Source of the DNA: an uncultured Candidatus Saccharibacteria bacterium
GTDB taxonomy: Bacteria; Patescibacteriota; UBA1384; GWA2-35-9; CAYZGQ01
Length of the DNA: 64,000 bases
Reading direction: 5' to 3'
Assembly: GCA_964478135.1 (NCBI GenBank)
Contig: CAYZGQ010000001.1
Span: 3,365 to 67,364, forward strand
In this document: piece after piece, positions 38,631-47,095 of the stretch
Numbering within the stretch: the stretch's first letter is position 1
Layout of the letters: every line of letters starts with the position of its first letter
Program-made: the position numbers and the translations under genes
The notes under the pieces: generated by a model
Told to the model about the DNA's origin: nothing
Seen by the model: only the letters and a program-made list of their open reading frames with translations
Database searches by the model: none

Positions 38631-38659
38631 AAAATAACAAGATTTGGCAGATGTGTCAA
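38631..38659 (-). promoter_or_regulatory. putative sigma70-type promoter of the 1101-aa LPKTG gene
   Basis: The minus strand reads TTGACA (38659-38654), a 17-nt spacer, then TATTTT (38636-38631). It sits about 50 nt upstream of the SD and ATG. Confidence 0.45.
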
Positions 38660-38678
38660 GTTTCAGACTGTGGAAAGC

Positions 38679-39587
38679 TTAATTCTTTTTGGATTGTTGA
38701 GTTATTGATTCAAAGATCGGTTCAAGTTGACCATCTAAAATAGAGTTTATTCTGGAAAAACTTTTACCCGATCGATGGTCGGTCACCCTGTCCTGGGGGA
38801 AGTTGTAAGTTCTGATTTTTTCCGATCGATCACCCGAACCAACCATTTGTTTGCGAACTTTATCGGTCTTGGCGTGGATGCTGGCATCCTCGATTTTATT
38901 GAGCCGGGCGGCTAAAACCGCCAGTGCGCTTTGTCTGTTGGCCGTTTGAGAACGTTCGTCCTGTGAGGTCGCGACTAGGCCGGTTGGCCGGTGAACGATT
39001 CGGACCGCTGTCTCAACCTTATTAACATTTTGACCGCCGTGACCGCCGGCGCGAAAAAATGATATTTCAAGCTCGCTTGGTTTTAATTTAGCCGAGTCTT
39101 GTTTGACAACCGGCAAAACCGCGACCGTGGCGGCGGATGTGTGAATTCGGCCTCTCTTTTCCGTTACTGGTGTTCGCTGGACCCGGTGAACACCAGCCTC
39201 GGTTTTGAGGGAGTGATAGGGACTTGGGTTAGTTTCAAGTTGAGCCGATCCTTGGTTTTGTTTAACTTCTACTATGGCCGATTTAATCCCGCCTTGACTT
39301 GACGTTTGAATCTCAATCGGCCGCCAAATCCACGATCGGCGATGGCAAAAGTGCCGATACATTCTTAAAAGATCGGCCGCCCAAATTTCAGCCTCACCCC
39401 CGCCCACGCCGGCCCTGATTTCAAGAAAACAGTCATTGACTCGTTCTTCCTTTTGGCCCTTAAACTGACCGGTTTGAGCCTCGAGGCGTTTAATGTCCTC
39501 GCGAGCCATCTGCCCGATCGCAGGATCAGGATTTGAAGCGAGCGCCCGCGCCTGATTGAGCTGTTTGACAATTGTTTGATAGTCCAT
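38679..39587 (-). CDS. prfA: peptide chain release factor 1 (short, 302 aa)
   Basis: The RF1-specific tripeptide context [15 protein letters not shown] (PxT), the GGQ motif [18 protein letters not shown], and [21 protein letters not shown]. Confidence 0.9.
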   Translation of the reverse strand: MDYQTIVKQLNQARALASNPDPAIGQMAREDIKRLEAQTGQFKGQKEERVNDCFLEIRAGVGGGEAEIWAADLLRMYRHFCHRRSWIWRPIEIQTSSQGGIKSAIVEVKQNQGSAQLETNPSPYHSLKTEAGVHRVQRTPVTEKRGRIHTSAATVAVLPVVKQDSAKLKPSELEISFFRAGGHGGQNVNKVETAVRIVHRPTGLVATSQDERSQTANRQSALAVLAARLNKIEDASIHAKTDKVRKQMVGSGDRSEKIRTYNFPQDRVTDHRSGKSFSRINSILDGQLEPIFESITQQSKKN

Positions 39588-39791
39588 AGTTTTGGGCTGG
39601 TTTGAGTTTGTTTCGCCGGCAATTGGTTTGAAACTGACCCAGTCTTGCCAACCGAGCTAAGATAATGTTACACTCATCAACTGGATTGGTAAAATGTAAT
39701 ACTAAAATATAGACTCTCATACTAGACGAGAGAGATTGATTTTTTCTCTCTTTATCTTTAATTGTAATTTACTTTTGTCTTGCCGATCAAA

Positions 39792-40028
39792 ATGAAAAAA
39801 AAGATCCATCCAACCTATCACCAGGCGAGCGTGAGGTGCGCCTGCGGCGCTAACTACACCGTTGGCTCAACCAAGACTAACATGAGTATTGAGGTTTGTA
39901 GCGCCTGTCATCCACTTTTTACAGGCGATGCTAAGTTTTTGGACACAGCCGGGAGGATTGATCGCTTTAAGGCGAGACTTAAACAGTTGTCCGAGGCCGA
40001 ACCTAAGACTGCAAAAAAGTTAAAGTAA
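39792..40028 (+). CDS. rpmE: ribosomal protein L31
   Basis: MKKKIHPTYH start; I moved the start to ATG 39792 from the ORF-track TTG 39780. Cys pairs C.C....C..CHPLFTG. Confidence 0.9.
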   Translation: MKKKIHPTYHQASVRCACGANYTVGSTKTNMSIEVCSACHPLFTGDAKFLDTAGRIDRFKARLKQLSEAEPKTAKKLK

Positions 40029-40068
40029 CTAAAGCCTTTTTGCTAATTTCAACCCAATAACTGGATAT

Positions 40069-40959
40069 ATGGCTACCAAGATTATTAAAGTAAAAGCGGT
40101 CAAGTCAGCCCAAACAACTACCGGTCGCCAGAAGACCGAAAGCCATCTTATGGGTAAGACGAGCAAGGCCAAGGAGCCTTCAAAGATAGCCCTGCCAAGT
40201 GTTGAGAAACTATTTGAACTGGGCGCCCATTTTGGTCATCAGCGCTACCGATCTCATCCTGATTTTCAGGAATACGTCTGGCAAGTGCGCGATGGAGTTA
40301 TGATTTTGGATTTAAGCCAAACGCTTGACCGGCTCAAACTGGCGCTTGATTTTTTGGACAAGCAGAGTCGACTTGGCAAAAAAATACTAATTGTTGGGAC
40401 CAAGAGAATCAGTCGTGATTTGGTCGAGCGCTTGGGTAAAGAAACAAACACAGCTTGGGTCTCAAACCGGTGGTTGTCTGGTACTTTGACTAACTTTGCC
40501 ACTCTGATTGGACAAATCAAAAAACTCAATCGTTTAAGCGAGTTGATCGGCTCGAAAGAGTTTGAGCAGATGACTAAAAAGGAACGTTTAATCTGGGAGC
40601 GAAAACTGGCCAGGCTCCACGACAACTTTGACGGTTTGAGCAGTCTTGAGGCAAGACCGGATATATTAGTGGTGATTGACGGACACGCTCACCGGATTAG
40701 CACAGATGAAGCCAAACGTTTGGGGATCACCACGGTCGTGTTCGCCGACAGCGACACTGATCCTAGCCTGTGCGATTACTTGGTCCCGATTAACGATGAT
40801 TCACGATCAACGATCGAGCTGGTGATTAATTTAATCGGTCAAGCGATCGGCGGTGCCAGAACATCTGATCAGACAACAAAGCCGGACAGTCTAGTAAAAA
40901 GTGACAGAGCCAGAGCGCGCGGTTTAAGTAAAATCAATAATGTCCAAGACGTTAGTTGA
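40069..40959 (+). CDS. rpsB: ribosomal protein S2 with N- and C-terminal extensions
   Basis: The core LFELGAHFGHQRYRSHP...ILIVGTKR...RWLSGTLTN matches S2. An N-terminal extension of about 45 aa is present; an alternative start at ATG 40150 is possible. Confidence 0.9.
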   Translation: MATKIIKVKAVKSAQTTTGRQKTESHLMGKTSKAKEPSKIALPSVEKLFELGAHFGHQRYRSHPDFQEYVWQVRDGVMILDLSQTLDRLKLALDFLDKQSRLGKKILIVGTKRISRDLVERLGKETNTAWVSNRWLSGTLTNFATLIGQIKKLNRLSELIGSKEFEQMTKKERLIWERKLARLHDNFDGLSSLEARPDILVVIDGHAHRISTDEAKRLGITTVVFADSDTDPSLCDYLVPINDDSRSTIELVINLIGQAIGGARTSDQTTKPDSLVKSDRARARGLSKINNVQDVS

Positions 40960-41404
40960 GACGATCAAAAAGCTCCGGGATGAAACAGGGGCCGGACTAA
41001 TGGATGTTAAAAAGGCGCTCACTCAAGCTGGTTCGGATCTCAACAAGGCGAGAGTGATTCTGCGTCAGACAAGCGCTGTCAAAGCGGTTCAAAAGAGTGA
41101 ACGCTCGACCCAAGCCGGCTTGATCGAATCATACGTCCACGCCGGCAAAATCGGGGTGCTGGTTGAGCTGGGTTGTCAGACCGATTTTGTGGCGCGCACG
41201 AGTGAGTTCAAGGCGCTAGCCCATGAACTAGCCCTGCAAGTGGCCTCAATGGCCCCTAAAAACGTGACCGAGCTGTTTAGCCAAAACTACATCAAAGACG
41301 AGTCAACCACGATCAAGCAGATTGTGAATAACGCGATCGCGAAACTGGGCGAAAATATTCAAATTAAGCGTTTTGTAAGGTTTGAACTTGGTCAGGGCGA
41401 CTGA
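40940..41404 (+). CDS. tsf: elongation factor Ts (short form, 154 aa)
   Basis: The UBA-like N-terminus IKKLRDETGAGLMDVKKAL, YVH.GKIGVLVEL.CQTDFVART. 20-nt overlap with rpsB. Confidence 0.85.
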   Translation: MSKTLVETIKKLRDETGAGLMDVKKALTQAGSDLNKARVILRQTSAVKAVQKSERSTQAGLIESYVHAGKIGVLVELGCQTDFVARTSEFKALAHELALQVASMAPKNVTELFSQNYIKDESTTIKQIVNNAIAKLGENIQIKRFVRFELGQGD

Positions 41405-41444
41405 CCATTCTTCAAACTGTAATGTCTCAACCGATTAGTTGCTC

Positions 41445-41473
41445 TTGACAAGGCTGGTTTATGTCTTGACAAT
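41445..41473 (+). promoter_or_regulatory. putative promoter of the second LPKTG gene
   Basis: TTGACA 41445-41450, a 17-nt spacer, then GACAAT 41468-41473. A second overlapping TTGACA sits at 41466-41471. Confidence 0.4.
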
Positions 41474-41503
41474 GTAAGTAAGACACAAACCGAAGGAGGG
41501 GAA

Positions 41504-44500
41504 ATTAATTCAAGACAGAATGAGACTTGGGGGTTTAGTCTAGGAGAGTCTCTTGCGAAGCCCTTTATATGGCTAGTGCTGGGTGTTTTAGCCCTGCTCG
41601 GTCTGGTTTTAGTCAGTCCTTCGGCCGTCCAGGCCGGTGCAATCACCGGTTTGTCGGTTACAGTCAGTGACACGAGCGTCCAAGGGACGGCTGACTGGAC
41701 AATTGCCCTGACTCCAGAACAGTCAGTCCCAGCCAAGTCAAATGGCGGTCGGATTCACATGTGTGTCTATGGACCAGGCTCGATGAGTTTTCGGGATGGT
41801 TCTGTCGCGCTCGATTCGTCGGCTAGCACGAGCGGTTTGTCAATCTATGAACGGTTGGGAAATTGTATCACCCTTCAGTCAAACAGCGAGATCGCAGGAG
41901 GAACGGTTATCACTGCCAAACTGACAGGGGTTAGAAACCCAGACAAAGCCGGACGGTATGTTGGTCACATCTACAGCTCGACCTACGGCACCGCCCGAGA
42001 CGGCACCTCTCGCTGGGGCGGGCTCTACAATAGTTCTTTTACCATCGGCGATTTGACCAAGAACACTATTTCAGGTACGGTCACAGATGCCAATGGCGCA
42101 CCGGTCCGGTTTGCCTCCGTCTCTGTTTGGGGTAGCGGCGGCGGCGCTTGGGGCTACAGCTACACCGATCAAAATGGCCAGTACGCGATCGGCAGTCTAA
42201 CCACTGGCTCCTACAACTTTAGCGTCTACGGTCCCTACAACGAAGACGGTATCTTTTATTTTGCGCCTGATGTTTCGAGTATTTCAATTTCCGATACTTC
42301 GGCCACGACCAAAAACGCCAGCTTTTTAGCGACTCCCAAAACATTGCAAATTAAGGTTGAGGACGGCTCTGGTACAGCCATAACCGATGCCTATGTCTCG
42401 ATCTGGTCCAGAAACGGGAATGGTTGGGCTCAAACCAAAAACAACACCAACGGAGTCTACAAGATTAATGTTCCGAAAAACCGGACTTTTGGGTTTAGCG
42501 TTTATCCCCAAAATTGGCCTTCAACCTGGCAGTCATGCGGCAGTTATAACGAAGAAGTTACGACCGCCAACACCGATACGGCCGAGACTGTCAGTAAGAC
42601 GTTTAAGGTTTCCTCGCTCAACGCCACGGTCAAAGGTAAGATTGAGCGGTCTGACGATAGCACGCCCAAGCGCTGGTCAGTGAGCGTGAGTTTCCAGTCA
42701 AGCGGAGGTTGCTGGGCTTCAGCCGACTTTCCCGACGACACTGGTAATTTCAGCGCTAAAGTTGTCAGTGGCGAGACTATCACCGCGACTGGTTGGGTTT
42801 CGAGTGATCTCAACGAATCATTCCCAACGGTCAGTAACTTTTCGGTCCAAGCCAACCAAGAGCACAACCTGGGCGTAATCAAACTTAAAAAGCGTGATAA
42901 AAAGCTCGCTGTGACGGTTGTGGACAAAAATGGCGATCCGGTTAACAAGGCCAACGTCTACGCTTGGAAAACTGGCGGTTCGTATGAATATGCCAACGGC
43001 ACAACTGGCTCCGATGGCAATGCGGAACTCTTTTTGAGTCCAGGCAGCTGGAATGTTTCGGCCGGGCCAGAGTACCGCTGGAATGGCTCAAACAACGAAT
43101 ATGACTATGTCTCCAACTGGAAGTCTCAATTGATCAGCTTTTCCGAGTCAGACACGACTAAAACGATCAAGTTTATCTTCCAAAAGGTTACCTCAACGAT
43201 TAATGTCACCGTGACCGATGAGGCTGGGAGCGTCCTTAACCTATCGGGTAGTTTGTCGGCCAACGATGGTTCGCAAGAATGGTCAAATATCTGGTCCCAG
43301 CTCAATAGTGGCAAAGGCAAGCTTAGGGTTCCCCGAGGGACCTGGAGTGTTAACGCCAGTATTTGGGATGAGACCTATAGCTCACCAAATCCGGTTGACA
43401 TCACGATCGGTGATAATGAGACCAAAGAGATCAAGCCCAAGGCCTTGATCAATGATTCGACCATTTCCGGCAAAATCTACACAGAAGATGAAGATGGTAA
43501 CCGGACCCTGCTTAAAAACACTTGGCTTAGCATCTATGCTAACAAAAAAAATTCCTACTCTTCTTGGCGGTCAGCCTCGGTCAACCAAGAAGAAGGAACC
43601 TATTCGATCAAAGTTTCCTCGGGTGACTGGAGGCTCGGTTACTGGTTTTATAACAACAATTATATGTCAGGATACGGGAACGAAGTTGATGTATCGGTTA
43701 AATCAGGTGAAACTAAGACCCAAGATATTATTCTGCGCAAAGCTAACTACACCATCTCGGTCAAGGCGCTCGATCCAGACGGCAAGGCGCTGATGGGGGC
43801 TTGGATCACGGCTGACACGCGCAATCCTAAAGAGCGGACCGAAGCTGGTACTTGGTACTCAACCGGTACCTCAACCAATAATCAGGGAGAGGGGACGATT
43901 CAAGTGTCAGCCAACACTTACTGGATTAGTGGTTCGATGTGGTCAGGTTATATCAGTCCAGAGCGCCAAGAGGTTAAGGTCAATAAAGACAATCCAACTG
44001 CCAGTGTCACTCTCCAGTTCGGTCGGTCTGATGCGACTATATCTGGCACAGTCAAGCTCGATGACAAAGGGACTAAGTCGTTTGTTAATGCGGTCAGCGA
44101 GAAAGGCCGCTATGCCGAGACTAATTCAAGTAACGAAGGCCATTACATCCTCAACGTCTCGAAAGACGACACTTGGGTCGTCAAGGCAGTTAAAAAGGAT
44201 GGCGCAACTTTGTATCGATCAGACAAGAATCGAGTTGATCTCACTGGTAAGACCACGGGCATAGTCAATCTCGATTTGGTAAAAGAAACAATCAAGTTGC
44301 CGGAGGGGACGACCAGCACCTTTAATGCCAGCCAGTCAACTACCGTTAAGATTAAAAATGGCAATGTTGACGAAGTGATCATCACTGTTCCGACTGGCAC
44401 CCTGTCGAGCGATAATGAACAGATAACTGTAACGGCCGATGTGACCGAAGAGGTCACCGACACTTCAACTAGCGAGCCTGTTTTCGACTACGGTTATGAC

Positions 44501-45193
44501 ATCAACGCCAACGGTAGCCAATCCGGCACAATCAGCCAGTTGAAGGATAACGTGACCGTGACCGTAAACTATTCGGCCAACGAGCAGGCGATCCAAGATG
44601 AGGGAACAGAAGAGGACCTAGTGGTAGCCCGTTTCAACAACGAGAAAGGTGAATGGGAGCAACTCCAAGGTTGCGCTACAAACAAGGATGACAACACTAT
44701 TACCTGTCAAAATAATCACTTCACCAAGTTTGCGGTTGTCGCTTCAACCGACATCACCCCACCTTCTGCTCCAGGTAGCCAGAAGGCGATTGCTTCGAAC
44801 GCTAAGATTTCTTTAAGCTGGAGCAAGCCAAGCCAGGCCGACTTTGCCGGGGTTAACATCTATCGGTCAACCGAGAGTGGCAAGCTGGGTGATAAGATTT
44901 ACGGCAAAAATACCTCCACCAGTCACGACGATACGGTTCTGATCAACGACACGGTCTATTACTATACCCTCAAGTCAGTTGACAAAGCCGGTAACGAGTC
45001 AACCGCATCCGATCAGCTCAAAGCCAAGCCTTCAGCAACCTCGCCGGAGTCATCGGACGGTTCAACCACTGCCACGCTCTCAATTCTGCCCAAGACTGGT
45101 CAACCAGCCTCGCCTTTGAATTGGTTGTTGGCGATTCTGACAGTGATCAGCCTGGCCGGGGTCAGGGCATCGAGGATTGTCCGGATTAAGTGA
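41504..45193 (+). CDS. LPKTG-anchored giant surface protein (1229 aa if ATT 41504 is the start; 1205 aa from GTG 41576)
   Basis: GGAGG 41495-41499, then N4, then in-frame ATT 41504. This start adds an n-region (MNSRQNETWGFSLGESLAKPFIW) in front of the hydrophobic core LVLGVLALLGLVLVSPSAVQA. The body has CarboxypepD_reg-like repeats (ISGTVTDANGAPVRFASVSVW...TDQNGQYAIGSLTTGSYNF). The C-terminus has an FN3 domain, then LPKTG 45086-45100, a hydrophobic stretch and RIVRIK. Confidence 0.8.
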   Translation: MNSRQNETWGFSLGESLAKPFIWLVLGVLALLGLVLVSPSAVQAGAITGLSVTVSDTSVQGTADWTIALTPEQSVPAKSNGGRIHMCVYGPGSMSFRDGSVALDSSASTSGLSIYERLGNCITLQSNSEIAGGTVITAKLTGVRNPDKAGRYVGHIYSSTYGTARDGTSRWGGLYNSSFTIGDLTKNTISGTVTDANGAPVRFASVSVWGSGGGAWGYSYTDQNGQYAIGSLTTGSYNFSVYGPYNEDGIFYFAPDVSSISISDTSATTKNASFLATPKTLQIKVEDGSGTAITDAYVSIWSRNGNGWAQTKNNTNGVYKINVPKNRTFGFSVYPQNWPSTWQSCGSYNEEVTTANTDTAETVSKTFKVSSLNATVKGKIERSDDSTPKRWSVSVSFQSSGGCWASADFPDDTGNFSAKVVSGETITATGWVSSDLNESFPTVSNFSVQANQEHNLGVIKLKKRDKKLAVTVVDKNGDPVNKANVYAWKTGGSYEYANGTTGSDGNAELFLSPGSWNVSAGPEYRWNGSNNEYDYVSNWKSQLISFSESDTTKTIKFIFQKVTSTINVTVTDEAGSVLNLSGSLSANDGSQEWSNIWSQLNSGKGKLRVPRGTWSVNASIWDETYSSPNPVDITIGDNETKEIKPKALINDSTISGKIYTEDEDGNRTLLKNTWLSIYANKKNSYSSWRSASVNQEEGTYSIKVSSGDWRLGYWFYNNNYMSGYGNEVDVSVKSGETKTQDIILRKANYTISVKALDPDGKALMGAWITADTRNPKERTEAGTWYSTGTSTNNQGEGTIQVSANTYWISGSMWSGYISPERQEVKVNKDNPTASVTLQFGRSDATISGTVKLDDKGTKSFVNAVSEKGRYAETNSSNEGHYILNVSKDDTWVVKAVKKDGATLYRSDKNRVDLTGKTTGIVNLDLVKETIKLPEGTTSTFNASQSTTVKIKNGNVDEVIITVPTGTLSSDNEQITVTADVTEEVTDTSTSEPVFDYGYDINANGSQSGTISQLKDNVTVTVNYSANEQAIQDEGTEEDLVVARFNNEKGEWEQLQGCATNKDDNTITCQNNHFTKFAVVASTDITPPSAPGSQKAIASNAKISLSWSKPSQADFAGVNIYRSTESGKLGDKIYGKNTSTSHDDTVLINDTVYYYTLKSVDKAGNESTASDQLKAKPSATSPESSDGSTTATLSILPKTGQPASPLNWLLAILTVISLAGVRASRIVRIK
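45086..45100 (+). other. LPKTG sortase-recognition motif codons
   Basis: ctg ccc aag act ggt, followed by QPASPLNWLLAILTVISLAGV and a basic tail. Confidence 0.85.
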
Positions 45194-45876
45194 AATATGC
45201 TTTAACGGCACATCTTTTATCCCGGGCGGGCAAAATAGATGAGCCTGATTTGATGATACTCATAACGGAAGCGGGATAATGGTGACCGTAAGCGATCGAT
45301 CAATCGCCGACCACTTACAGGCTGGCGTAAAGACATTGATTTAACCGACAAATCTCAAAAAAGCGGTTGGTTTTTTTTGTTTTGCTCGCGCTTTGTGAAT
45401 CTTAGACCAGGCAGGATCGAGGGTGAGGTATGGGCCCGAATAATTTAGGAGTCTGCTGGAAGGATCAGTCAATGTCTGATGAGCCCAGGCTGATCAAGGC
45501 CGGTTTTACCACCTGCTATTGACAATGGGCCTTAAAAAGTGTCTGGCTCCAGGTACCTTGGACTGGGTAGGGCCCGGCAGGCCCGACATTTGTCAAGACA
45601 AACAATCGCCACGATCAGCCTCGGATCTTGCGGATCTAGAATGCCTCGCGTCTAGCAGCCTGATATAAAACACCCCGAGAGACTTGACTAGTCAAGACCG
45701 TCAGATGACACTGGAGACCGTCTGGCCAAAGGCCGACCGGATGAGCGTCCAATAAGCGTGATATCGCAATAACTAAAAAATAGGTCAATTCAGTCTGGTG
45801 GTACCAGGCCGCGGATCAGGCTCTGACTGGTTCAAGATAAAAAATAAACGGGATGGGGCAATAATCAGCCATTGGG

Positions 45877-45897
45877 GTCGCCCAAAAGGCGATTTTT
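45877..45897 (+). terminator. putative small intrinsic terminator / attenuator hairpin
   Basis: gTCGCC-caaaa-GGCGA followed by TTTTT, ending 6 nt before ATG 45904. Confidence 0.35.
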
Positions 45898-45903
45898 GAT
45901 CAA

Positions 45904-46446
45904 ATGATGGACCCAGTGGTAAGGGTGCTTGAAAAGAGTTATTCAGCCAGGCACAATTGTGTTATGATGACTGTCCTGGCGGCCGGGGTGTTTGATGTGA
46001 TACATCCTGGTCACATTTACTTTCTCGAGCAATCCAAGAAGCTGGGTGACCGCTTAGTGGTCGTTGTGACGTCTGACGAGACGGCCGAGACCCAAAAGAG
46101 ACACCCTTTTTTTAATGTTAAGCACCGGTTGTCTATCGTCCAATCACTTCGATCGGTTGATCTGGCGGTTATTGGGCAGGCAGGCGAGACCCTTAAAAGT
46201 GTGATTGATATTAAGCCAGACGTGATCGCGATCGGCCACGATCAATTCATTCAACCAATCGGTAGCAAAAGTTTAACAACTGGCATCGAGCCGGGCCGGA
46301 CAAGCGTTCAGCCCCAAGACCACGGGCTAGCCCAACTGGGCCGCGATTTGGCAAAATTGGGTTGGCGAGGTAAAATTGTCCGTATAGACAAAATGCCTGG
46401 GATTAGAGTTTCATCGAGTCGAATTAAGAAGTTACTTAGACGCTGA
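45904..46446 (+). CDS. cytidylyltransferase-family nucleotidyltransferase, RibL-like (possible FMN adenylyltransferase)
   Basis: AAGVFDVIHPGHIYFLEQSKKLGDRLVVVVTSDE (the (T/H)xGH nucleotidyltransferase motif), ...PDVIAIGHDQ..., and C-terminal RVSSSRIKKLL. This layout resembles archaeal-type FAD synthetase RibL. A more likely start is ATG 45964 (MMTVLAAG...). Confidence 0.55.
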   Translation: MMDPVVRVLEKSYSARHNCVMMTVLAAGVFDVIHPGHIYFLEQSKKLGDRLVVVVTSDETAETQKRHPFFNVKHRLSIVQSLRSVDLAVIGQAGETLKSVIDIKPDVIAIGHDQFIQPIGSKSLTTGIEPGRTSVQPQDHGLAQLGRDLAKLGWRGKIVRIDKMPGIRVSSSRIKKLLRR

Positions 46447-46487
46447 CGTTAACTCGTTTTTTCTATTAGCTAGTTTCCACCAAAACA

Positions 46488-47045
46488 ATGCTTGATCAAA
46501 TCATCAAACAAACTCGAGACAAAATGGAACAGGTCCTAGCCCAGATGAGCCAGGATTTTAGCCAGTTGCGCACCGGCAAGGCCTCGGCCGTCTTAGTCGA
46601 GTCGATTATTGTTGACCAGTACGGGGCCAAACTGCCGATTAAGCAACTGGCCACAATTACCGTTCCAGATGTCAATTTAATCGTGATCACGCCTTGGGAT
46701 AAGGGGTCTTTGGTTCAGATCGAGGCGGCGATTGATCAGTCAAACCTTGGCCTCAACTCGGTTAATGACGGATCTTCTATCCGTTTGAACTTGCCGCCGA
46801 TGTCAGCCGAGCGCCGAGCTCAAATAGCTAGGCTGGTCCTGACAAGAGCCGAAGAGGCCCGAGTGGCCCTTAGAGAACTCCGTCAATCAGCCTGGTCCCA
46901 GGTTCAAAAAAATGAAAAGTTGGGTCAGTTAACCCAAGACGATCGTTACCGAGGCGAAGAGATGCTTAATAAGTTGATTGCCGAGTTTAACGACGAGGTT
47001 AAAAAGAGTGCTCAATCAAAGGAGCAAGAAATTAGTTCGGTCTAA
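46488..47045 (+). CDS. frr: ribosome recycling factor
   Basis: 185 aa. F..LRTGKAS..L...I.V..YG...P..Q.A.I.VPD...I.I.PWDK. Confidence 0.9.
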   Translation: MLDQIIKQTRDKMEQVLAQMSQDFSQLRTGKASAVLVESIIVDQYGAKLPIKQLATITVPDVNLIVITPWDKGSLVQIEAAIDQSNLGLNSVNDGSSIRLNLPPMSAERRAQIARLVLTRAEEARVALRELRQSAWSQVQKNEKLGQLTQDDRYRGEEMLNKLIAEFNDEVKKSAQSKEQEISSV

Positions 47046-47095
47046 CAAACAGTTTTGTTTGACTAGAATTACAATTTATTATTTTTAATCAAACT

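Noticed and set aside
38679-39587. Possibility that the release-factor gene is prfB with its programmed +1 frameshift.
   Set aside because: The tripeptide motif is PVT (RF1 type), not SPF. The ORF is continuous and needs no frameshift.
39365-39720. Two minus-strand ORFs (85 and 64 aa) overlapping the prfA start and the prfA-rpmE intergenic region.
   Set aside because: One is out of frame with prfA over its conserved N-terminus, and the other spans promoter-like AT-rich sequence. Neither has an SD.
39728-39753. Hairpin GAGAGA-N9-TCTCTC followed by a T-rich tract, 40 nt upstream of rpmE.
   Set aside because: It is terminator-like on the + strand, but no + strand gene ends upstream of it. It could be an rpmE leader structure, but a 6-bp purine/pyrimidine stem alone is not enough to call.
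41392-41736. 114-aa minus-strand ORF spanning the tsf end, the promoter and the start of the LPKTG gene.
   Set aside because: It runs antisense through a promoter, SD and signal-peptide region and has no features of its own.
45430-45522. 30-codon ORF (MGPNNLGVCWKDQSMSDEPRLIKAGFTTCY) in the ORF-free region. A 25-codon ORF at 48183-48260, upstream of proS, was also examined.
   Set aside because: SD-like sequences are weak or badly spaced, and the ORFs are not coupled to neighbours. They are indistinguishable from chance ORFs.
45194-45903. I tested by eye for RNase P RNA (GAGGAAAGUCCGGGC / ACAGAAnCCGGCUUA), tmRNA (5' GGGG..., 3' T-arm and CCACCA), SRP RNA (GGAA tetraloop helix 8) and the FMN riboswitch (GGGUGAAAUUCCC, AGUCUGGAUG) on both strands.
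   Set aside because: Only short partial resemblances turned up (for example UAGAUGAGCC, ACGGAAGCGGGAUAAU, GCCGACCGGAUGAG, CAGUCUGGUGG), in the wrong order or context. No class could be assigned without a covariance-model search.
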